Shown here: positions 57,295 through 64,000 of the stretch, in pieces
Numbering within the stretch: position 1 is the first letter of the stretch
Layout of the letters: each line of letters starts with the position of its first letter
NCBI GenBank assembly: GCA_965226795.1
Contig: CBDDDZ010000005.1
Location: 1,728,001 to 1,792,000 of the forward strand
Origin: Candidatus Latescibacterota bacterium
Lineage (GTDB): Bacteria; Latescibacterota; UBA2968; GCA-2709665
Length of the DNA: 64,000 nucleotides
Direction: 5' to 3'
Translations under genes and position numbers: made by a program
Notes under the pieces: model-generated
The model's database searches: none
The model's input: only the letters and a program-made list of their open reading frames with translations
Told to the model about the DNA's origin: nothing

Positions 57295-57687
57295 ATGGGT
57301 TCGACGAGTCTGTTTGAAGCGGCCTTTCCGTATGCCGACGACGTACTGGCGCTACCCGTAGACGATATCGATAAGGCTTCAACCTGGTACTGTAACGCGT
57401 TTGGACTCAACGAAGTAAAACGACATCGAGATCCTGTACCCGCCGTGGTGCTGGAACGGGACGGCGTCCGGATCGGATTCGCCGTCAATGGCGGCGACCC
57501 GGGACAGGAAGGCGCCGCTATATTGGTGTCCGATATTGGGAGAGCGAGGCGGGAGCTGGAAGGGAAGGCAATCCAGATTGGGAACTGGCGCGTGGACGAA
57601 CGCGACGGGCGAAAGTTTCAGGTATTTTTCGTCGTAGCTCCGGATGGACTCTGTTATTATTTCCACCAGCCGATCGAGGGCAACTGA
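57295..57687 (+). CDS. VOC (glyoxalase/bleomycin-resistance) family protein
   Basis: LPVDDIDKASTWY..FG and FFVVAPDG motifs. Confidence 0.85.
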   Translation: MGSTSLFEAAFPYADDVLALPVDDIDKASTWYCNAFGLNEVKRHRDPVPAVVLERDGVRIGFAVNGGDPGQEGAAILVSDIGRARRELEGKAIQIGNWRVDERDGRKFQVFFVVAPDGLCYYFHQPIEGN

Positions 57688-57757
57688 GAAAGCCGGGCTT
57701 CAAGCCCGGCTTTCCAAACGTACAACCTGTTGTGGGAGAGGAAGTGTGGGCAATGGT

Positions 57758-58207
57758 TCATCGTCCCTTCTTCCTCTTTCTCTCTTTCCAGGCGTAGGAC
57801 TTGGGTATATATGTGACGGCGTCGGGCGTCTTGCAGTTTGTTTCGCCGTGGTCGACCTCTACAGGGCCGATCCGCTTCGCGACTGCAATCGCACGGTCGT
57901 GATAGGTCGCGTTGTAAGTTCCTATCGCAATCAACGCGTTGTTCATCGCATAGCGAACCCGGTTCGGCTGGTTGTGGATCTGCTTTTCTATACGATCCAG
58001 ACACGCATCCAGGAGCGCCACGCTGATATCCTCGTGATCCTGCAGGACCTTTTCCGTGAACGTGTTCCATCCGGCGGTGGCAACCCACTCTCCTCGCCCG
58101 GATGCCCACTTTTTAAAGCGGGCCAGACCGGTCGGTGCGGCGCTTGCCAGGGCGCCCAACTCCCCTGCCAGGATCGAGTTGTCGATATCGCGCGCCCACG
58201 CGTCTAG
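57758..58207 (-). pseudogene. DNA alkylation repair (AlkD-like HEAT) protein, 3' fragment
   Basis: DAWARD..NRVRYAMNNALIAIG..IGPVEVDHGETNCKTPDA; in frame with the 5' fragment once the IS is removed. Confidence 0.88.
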
Positions 58208-60090
58208 TCCTAAAATAAGCGAGTTTCGTTTGCGGCACATCGATCTGTGTTTGTGTTGAGGCGTTGGTGTCGATTTATATGGAATTGGCGTTTTGGATGG
58301 TTTTTAGGGCGGTGTTTGTCGTGGTCGCTATCGTGAATTGAGTATCCGAAGTGTCGGTCAGGCGCGTGGTGGACACACCGGTGCGTTGAGGGGTGTGGGG
58401 ATGGCGCGGCGTGTGTGTGTCATCGGTCGTGCTGCATGGGTGTTATCCAAATCCGGTGCGTTCAATGATACGCCAGGTGCTGAAGAGGCGATCGAGGGTG
58501 GGTTGATAGCCGATGAGCCGTAACGTGGTGGTGTGCGCGCGTTGGATGACGTGGCAGGGAATCAAGATAATGCTGTGGATGAAGCGCCGGAATTCCATGC
58601 GGACGTACTGCTGTCGGTCCAGGTGTCGGTGCATCATCATGGCAAACCAGGATTTGAGGTTCCAGGCCAGCGCGGCGATGACCATGTAGGCCCAGTTGCT
58701 GACCAGGTCATACAGGGGCACGCGCAAGGCGTTGACGCCGTTTTTGAGTTGCTCGATGACGTTCTCCTGATCGCAGCGTTGGTTGGCACAGGCGACGATC
58801 TCGGCGGGGCTTACGTCCGTGCGTGTCGTGATATAGAAGAAATAACGGCATTCGTCGAACAGGACAAGGTCGCCCTTCATTTTGCTGATGTTCTTGCGCA
58901 GAACCACGACGCGATACACACGTTTACAGCGCGTGGGTTGGTAGTTGAACTCGGCCACGTGTTCGTGGTTGAGGACCAGGTTGGCGTAGGCCCGTTTGCG
59001 GACGATGCGCTGTTTCTCGTGGGGCTGATTGCGCTTCCGCTTCTGGTCGGTCACGGTGTGATAACGGGGTTTGCGTTGCAGGGGCTGCCATTGTGCCTCG
59101 TCGAGGGCCTCAGCACGGGAACGCATCGTCGCGTTGGCGTCCATCCCGAAGATGAAGTCGACGCTTTTGGCCCATCGATCAAAATGTCGGGTCAAGGAAA
59201 AGTCGGTGTCGCCACGTACACAGAGGCGCTTGGCGTGGGGCTGCACCAGCGCCAAGGCCGCGTCGATCCAGGGTGCCGCACCGGTGTGGCTGGGCACATT
59301 CCCCGGTCGGTTGACCAGGAAGAGCACTTCCTTCGTGTTGGAAAGTGAGATCACCAGCGGATGGTAGCCCCAGATGCCCTGGTAAGAGATGTCCATACCC
59401 CTCTTGCGCTTTCCATACGTCGGCACGTTTGTGCCGTCCACGTCGATATAGGTGATGTCACAAAGCAATTTGCGGCCACGCGATGCCCACAAGGAGGATC
59501 GCACCGCGTTGATGCACGCCATCAGTTCGACGATGTCCCGTTCCGAGAAGCGTCGGCAAAAGTCACCCGCCGTGGTCGGATCGGGAATCAACTGAGCACC
59601 CAGGGCATTCATGTAGGCCCCGTCATGTCGCAAACGCTCGATATCCTCCAGGCGCGTGCCGCCGCACAACACGTTGTAAGCGATGTTGAGCACGTGGTCC
59701 GACTCATGATAGGGCAGATGCACCTTCAACAGGGACAGCGACGCGTCGATGCGCTTGGGCAGTCCCAGCTTGGTGACCAGGCGATGCACGGCGCCGATGC
59801 CTCCGTAACTCATCGCGTCGGTGTAGGCGCCCACCTCGTAGTGCACTTTGCCAGGACTGAACATGGGCCGGGGCTGCGCCTGCCAATGCCCCGCTCGACC
59901 GTGGCGGGCGGCCACTTTGCGTTTGCGACGAGCACTGTTCCTGCGGCTGTCATCAACCGATATTCTTTTCACCGGAAAGGTCTCCTGCGTTGGAGTGATG
60001 ATTTCTAGCGCAATCCATCTATCTCCAACAACGGTAGGCCTTTCCGGTCTCTTGGACCAGAAAAATCTCACCATCACGCTTGTTTAAGGG
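58208..60090 (-). mobile_element. IS1380-family insertion sequence, complete
   Basis: Imperfect terminal IRs (TCCTAAAATAAGCG vs CCCTTAAACAAGCG, 11/14), CTAG(T) direct repeats at 58204 and 60091, and a single transposase. Confidence 0.92.
58443..59972 (-). CDS. IS1380-family DDE transposase
   Basis: SYGGIG, PDPTTAGDF, IDVDGT, GYHPL, RPGN, VRGDTDF and R..QENVIEQLK motifs; GTG start follows AGGAG. Confidence 0.92.
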   Translation of the reverse strand: MKRISVDDSRRNSARRKRKVAARHGRAGHWQAQPRPMFSPGKVHYEVGAYTDAMSYGGIGAVHRLVTKLGLPKRIDASLSLLKVHLPYHESDHVLNIAYNVLCGGTRLEDIERLRHDGAYMNALGAQLIPDPTTAGDFCRRFSERDIVELMACINAVRSSLWASRGRKLLCDITYIDVDGTNVPTYGKRKRGMDISYQGIWGYHPLVISLSNTKEVLFLVNRPGNVPSHTGAAPWIDAALALVQPHAKRLCVRGDTDFSLTRHFDRWAKSVDFIFGMDANATMRSRAEALDEAQWQPLQRKPRYHTVTDQKRKRNQPHEKQRIVRKRAYANLVLNHEHVAEFNYQPTRCKRVYRVVVLRKNISKMKGDLVLFDECRYFFYITTRTDVSPAEIVACANQRCDQENVIEQLKNGVNALRVPLYDLVSNWAYMVIAALAWNLKSWFAMMMHRHLDRQQYVRMEFRRFIHSIILIPCHVIQRAHTTTLRLIGYQPTLDRLFSTWRIIERTGFG

Positions 60091-60337
60091 CTAGTTTGGC
60101 CGCGTTCATCTTTGAGGGGTCGGCGACCCGCGCGGCCAGCGCCCTTGCGTCGTGGTTGCCTGTGGCCCACAACGCCTCCGCCAGGTGATGATCACGCTTG
60201 ATCTTCCGGACCATCTTGTTCAGGTTGGCGAAGCTCACGCCATACATCGGCGGGTGGATACCATGGCGCGAATAGACCTTGCGGTTCTGCGCAGTACCCA
60301 GTTCTACCAGCGTTGAGAGTGTTTCGTCGAGCGTCAT
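60091..60337 (-). pseudogene. DNA alkylation repair (AlkD-like) protein, 5' fragment
   Basis: MTLDETLSTL..YGVSFANL..LAEALWATGNHDARALA..MNAAKL, then IS sequence. Confidence 0.88.
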
Positions 60338-60489
60338 CGTTTCCTCATTCGAGGGTAACTCCTGGCACGTTTCGCGGAGTCTTCACCGGCAACCTCGGCC
60401 GGCGTTTCGGCACAAACCTGTGGATACACCCGCAAAGGCCATCGGCGGTCGTGGGGGATACCCGGCCAAACACCCGTACGGCGCGGGTC

Positions 60490-60912
60490 TCAGTCTTCAG
60501 GATATTCGAAATTGACCTGCCACCTGATCCCGAACTTATCGACACACATACCGAAATAGGCCCCCCAGAACGTATCTGCCATCGGCATCGCCGTTTTACC
60601 GCCCTCAGAGAGCCCGGCAAGCAGCCGGTCGGCGTCATCCTTGCTGTCGGGGCTGACTGTTATGGAAAAATTGTTGCCCACCTGAGGCGGAGGACCGAAT
60701 GACGAGCAGGTGTCGCTTCCCATGAGCACACTGGAGCCGATCTGCAGCGACACGTGCATGACCCGAGCGCGTTCGTCCTCTGGTACTTGCATATCGGGAG
60801 GCCCGTCTCCATAGGTCTGGATGAACAGGAAGTCTCCGCCGAACACGGAACGGTAGAACTCAAATGCCTCCCGACACCCCTTGTTGAAGGTCAAATAGGT
60901 ATTGAGGTGCAA
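60490..60912 (-). CDS. VOC family protein, PhnB-like
   Basis: YLTFNKGCREAFEFYRSVFG, VMHVSL and TFWGAYFG..DKFGIRW motifs; TTG start follows GGAGG. Confidence 0.9.
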   Translation of the reverse strand: MHLNTYLTFNKGCREAFEFYRSVFGGDFLFIQTYGDGPPDMQVPEDERARVMHVSLQIGSSVLMGSDTCSSFGPPPQVGNNFSITVSPDSKDDADRLLAGLSEGGKTAMPMADTFWGAYFGMCVDKFGIRWQVNFEYPED

Positions 60913-61058
60913 AGCTTCCTCCGGGGTGATGTGCGGCAACGTGACCGCCGCGCAGGGAAATGTTGGCTTCCGCGTTCGTCATTAACCCGCGGAAGAACCG
61001 GGATTGAGCAGTCGGCGACGCCGGACGCTTCGAATCCCCCGACACCGGGCGCGTCGAC

Positions 61059-62315
61059 TTACAAGTACAGACCGATCATACATCCGGTGAGCATTGTCGC
61101 CAGGGTTCCGCCAACCAGGGATCGGAGCCCCAGACGCGCCAGGTCGCCGCGCCTGTCGGGGGCGATCCCGCCAATGCCGCCAATCATGATTGCTACGGAT
61201 CCGAAGTTGGCAAATCCGCACAGGGCGTACGTCGCGATAACAAAGGCTCGTTGATTGAGCGGCTCGGGCCCGTTCATCAGCCGGGCAAGATCCAGGTAGG
61301 CCACGAACTCGTTCAGAATCGTCTTCAGACCCATCAGTTCGCCAACGGTGCGGGCTTCGGCCCAGGAAATTCCCATAAGCCAGACGAACGGGCGAAACAC
61401 GCCGCCCGCGGCCGCCTGGAGGCTCCAGCCGCTGGACCCCGCGTTGACCAATACATCTATCTTGCCGATAACGAGATTTGCCAGGGCGACGAGTCCGATG
61501 AACGCGACAAGCATGGCCAGAATGTTGATTACCAGGTGCATGCCCTCTGCGGCGCCCCGAGCCGCGGCATCGAGACCGTTCATCGTGTCGTCTCGAGGGA
61601 GTTCCACCCGGTGGCGCGAGGTGAGGGGCTCCCCCGTCTCCGGGATCATCAGTTTGGACACCGCGATCGCCGCTGGCGCGCTGATCAGCGAAGCGGTGAA
61701 CAAATGGCCGGCGATGTCCGGATGGGCCGTACCCAGAATGGTCGCGTAAATCACCATCACCGTACCGGCGATCGTCGCCATGCCGACCGTCATCAGACAG
61801 AACAACTCGCTCTCGGTCATGCGGCTCACATACGGCCGTATAAGCAGCGGGGATTCCGTCATGCCCAGAAAAATATTGCCGGCGGATCCGATGCTCTCTG
61901 CCGAACTGAGCCCAAGGCACTTCTGCATGACCGCACTCAGCCGACTGATCACCCAGGGCAGGATCCTGTAGTGGTAGAGCATCCGCGAAACCGCGGCCAC
62001 AAAGATCAGTATCGCGGCGATATCCAGTGCCACGACGGGGCCGTATTTGCTCGTGAAATCGGGATTCGATAATCCCGAGAAAAGCAGCGATTCGTTGGCC
62101 TTCAGTGCGGTTTCGCGTAGCATGTCCGTGAGGGCGCCGACGACGCCGAAGACGTAATGCCGCAGCCCCGTCTTAACGAGGATGCCGGTGAGCACCAACT
62201 GCAGGCCACTGGCAACGGCGACGGTCTTCCACGGAATTTGCGTCGTGCGCCGGCCCATGCACCAGGCAATCGCCAGAAGCGCGACATATCCGATGGCACT
62301 GTGCAGCACCGTCAC
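61059..62315 (-). CDS. Concentrative nucleoside transporter (NupC/CNT family)
   Basis: NIFLGMTESPLLIRPY, MATIAG, LNEFVAY and YALCGFANFGS motifs. Confidence 0.95.
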   Translation of the reverse strand: MTVLHSAIGYVALLAIAWCMGRRTTQIPWKTVAVASGLQLVLTGILVKTGLRHYVFGVVGALTDMLRETALKANESLLFSGLSNPDFTSKYGPVVALDIAAILIFVAAVSRMLYHYRILPWVISRLSAVMQKCLGLSSAESIGSAGNIFLGMTESPLLIRPYVSRMTESELFCLMTVGMATIAGTVMVIYATILGTAHPDIAGHLFTASLISAPAAIAVSKLMIPETGEPLTSRHRVELPRDDTMNGLDAAARGAAEGMHLVINILAMLVAFIGLVALANLVIGKIDVLVNAGSSGWSLQAAAGGVFRPFVWLMGISWAEARTVGELMGLKTILNEFVAYLDLARLMNGPEPLNQRAFVIATYALCGFANFGSVAIMIGGIGGIAPDRRGDLARLGLRSLVGGTLATMLTGCMIGLYL

Positions 62316-62403
62316 GGCTGGGCTCCTTTATGCGGGACGGGGATTCGTCGGGGCGTGTCCGTCCGAAAAACGGTTTGGAGTGTCGTCCTTCAGACCGGCG
62401 CAA

Positions 62404-62502
62404 ATAATAGACGAAAACGCATTTCCCGTCAAGCGAATTCACTCCCAGGAGCCCGTTGTTGGCCTGGTATCTCTTGACAAGAATGAATGAAATCCCTATT
62501 GT
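62404..62502. promoter_or_regulatory. Divergent sigma70 promoters for the CNT gene (-) and gmd (+)
   Basis: Minus strand TTGACG-N17-TATTAT (62404-62432); plus strand TTGACA-N17-TATTGT (62474-62502). Confidence 0.6.
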
Positions 62503-62654
62503 TGAGTTTGCCGTCGAGGTGTGGCCGGTACGTTACAACCTCGTTCCGCCTGAACCGTTTGCTCCAAAACCGTTCAATTTAAATGTGATGGAAAACAAAT
62601 ACCTGTATCCTTCAGACCAGGCGCGACCCGGAACCCTGTCCCGACGAGGTTTCC

Positions 62655-63728
62655 GTGCGGTCTGACACTTCCGAAAAGATTGCTCTGATTACCGGAATCA
62701 CCGGCCAGGACGGCTCCTATCTCGCGGAGTTTCTGATTGGAAAGGGATACATCGTTCACGGCATCATCCGCAGGGCGTCCCTGTTCAATACGGATCGGAT
62801 CGATCACCTCTTCGCCGACCCTCAAGACCCCCACCGGAGAATGATTCTGCACTATGGAGACCTTACGGACACGGCCAATCTGATTCGGATCGTTCAGGAA
62901 GTACGGCCCGACGAGATCTACAACCTGGGTGCGCAGAGTCACGTGGCGGTGTCGTTCGAGACGCCCGAATACACGGCGAAGGTTGCTGCGCTGGGGGCGC
63001 TCCATCTGCTTGAAGCCATCCGCATTTGCGGTCTCACGGATCGAACTCGCTTCTACCAGGCGTCCAGTTCGGAAATGTTCGGCGAGGCAACCGAGACGCC
63101 TCAGAGGGAATCGACGCCGTTCTATCCCCGCTCGCCATACGCCGCAGCCAAGGTATACGCCTATTGGATCACGGTGAATTACCGCGAGGCTTACGAAATT
63201 TTCGCCTGTAACGGTATCCTGTTCAACCACGAGTCCCCCGTCCGCGGCGAAACTTTCGTGACCCGGAAGATCACCCGGCGGCTTGCCCGCGTAAAAGTCG
63301 GATTGGACGAATGCGTGTACCTGGGCAATCTCGACGCGATGAGAGATTGGGGTCACGCGCGGGACTATGTCCGCGCCCAATGGCTGATGCTCCAGCAGGC
63401 CGCGCCTGACGATTACGTTATCGCATCCGGGCACCAGCACTCGGTTCGCGCGTTTGTAAACCTTGCGGCTGAATTTCTGGGTCTGGAGTTGGAGTGGCGC
63501 GGTCAGGGCGCCGACGAAGTCGCGATAAACAGGGCGACGGGAAAGGCGGTTGTACGCATCGACCCGCGGTACTTTCGGCCGACCGAAGCGCATTCACTTC
63601 TGGGAGATGCGTCGAAAGCGCGCAGCAGACTCGGCTGGCGCCCTGAAACCAGCTTCAGAGACCTGGTTCAGGAAATGGTTGAGGCCGACCAGCGCCTGGC
63701 CGAACGCGAGGCGTCGGGACACCCTTGA
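62655..63728 (+). CDS. gmd: GDP-mannose 4,6-dehydratase
   Basis: [46 protein letters not shown] and RDWGHA motifs. Confidence 0.97.
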   Translation: MRSDTSEKIALITGITGQDGSYLAEFLIGKGYIVHGIIRRASLFNTDRIDHLFADPQDPHRRMILHYGDLTDTANLIRIVQEVRPDEIYNLGAQSHVAVSFETPEYTAKVAALGALHLLEAIRICGLTDRTRFYQASSSEMFGEATETPQRESTPFYPRSPYAAAKVYAYWITVNYREAYEIFACNGILFNHESPVRGETFVTRKITRRLARVKVGLDECVYLGNLDAMRDWGHARDYVRAQWLMLQQAAPDDYVIASGHQHSVRAFVNLAAEFLGLELEWRGQGADEVAINRATGKAVVRIDPRYFRPTEAHSLLGDASKARSRLGWRPETSFRDLVQEMVEADQRLAEREASGHP

Positions 63729-63826
63729 ACATCGATTGACACCAATCCGAAGCTTCCGTAAGTAACTCGCGTTTCGGCCCACCAATAGCAGATCACCCAA
63801 CAGAATTGAAGGCCAAAACAGGGAGT

Positions 63827-64000
63827 ATGGTCAGATCCATGGGCGACAGAACACTATTTGACGCGTCGTACGAAAAACGCAAGAACCCGTTTCTGAAACA
63901 GGTGTTGGAGCGGCTGTACCCTATATATTCATCGGAAGAACGCGAAGTCATACGCATCGATTCCATCAGCAGGGTCCTGCTCTCGCGTCCCTCGGGGAGA
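63827..64000 (+). CDS. Partial ORF of unknown function running off the window end
   Basis: MVRSMGDRTLFDASYEKRKNPFLKQVLERLY.. is open to the end; GGGAG upstream. Confidence 0.5.
   Translation, partial: MVRSMGDRTLFDASYEKRKNPFLKQVLERLYPIYSSEEREVIRIDSISRVLLSRPSGR

Noticed and set aside
60362..60378. sigma54 promoter (TGGCAC)
   Set aside because: No TTGC at the -12 position, and wrong orientation for the adjacent gene.
60490..60912. PhnB-like gene as part of phosphonate metabolism with phnA
   Set aside because: PhnB is a historical name for a generic VOC protein; it is on the opposite strand and separated from phnA.
1..64000. CRISPR arrays, tRNA, rRNA, prophage or defence genes
   Set aside because: No regularly spaced repeats, cloverleaf motifs, rRNA signatures or phage/defence hallmark proteins were seen by eye.

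Overview
Gene-dense, GC-rich bacterial chromosomal segment with about 50 CDS. I found no rRNA, tRNA or CRISPR array. A FlgD-Ig/T9SS-type C-terminal-domain protein, DUF2723, several Gfo/Idh/MocA oxidoreductases and a sulfatase suggest an FCB-group candidate-phylum organism such as Latescibacterota (inference). Housekeeping content: purN-purC-mreB-mreC, galU, a tetrapyrrole operon (ccsA/hemX-like, sirC-like, hemA, hemC, cobA-hemD), anmK, a double-length uvrA and gmd. There are also many catabolic and transport genes. One complete IS1380-family element (58208-60090, CTAG(T) target duplication) splits an AlkD-like DNA repair gene. The most intriguing modules are: (i) a beta-helix protein, a CBM9-like protein, two ABC exporters with N-terminal extra domain plus Zn-ribbon, and DUF1854; (ii) a triple-thioredoxin Cys-rich exported protein next to a lipoprotein-signal PIMT; (iii) phosphonoacetate hydrolase embedded in a sugar-oxidoreductase/sulfatase cluster; (iv) a single-chain tandem UvrA with a candidate LexA-like box in its promoter. 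Three genes carry 1-4 nt indels that may be sequencing errors, and the sulfatase has an apparent internal deletion. All family calls come from motif recognition, not database searches.
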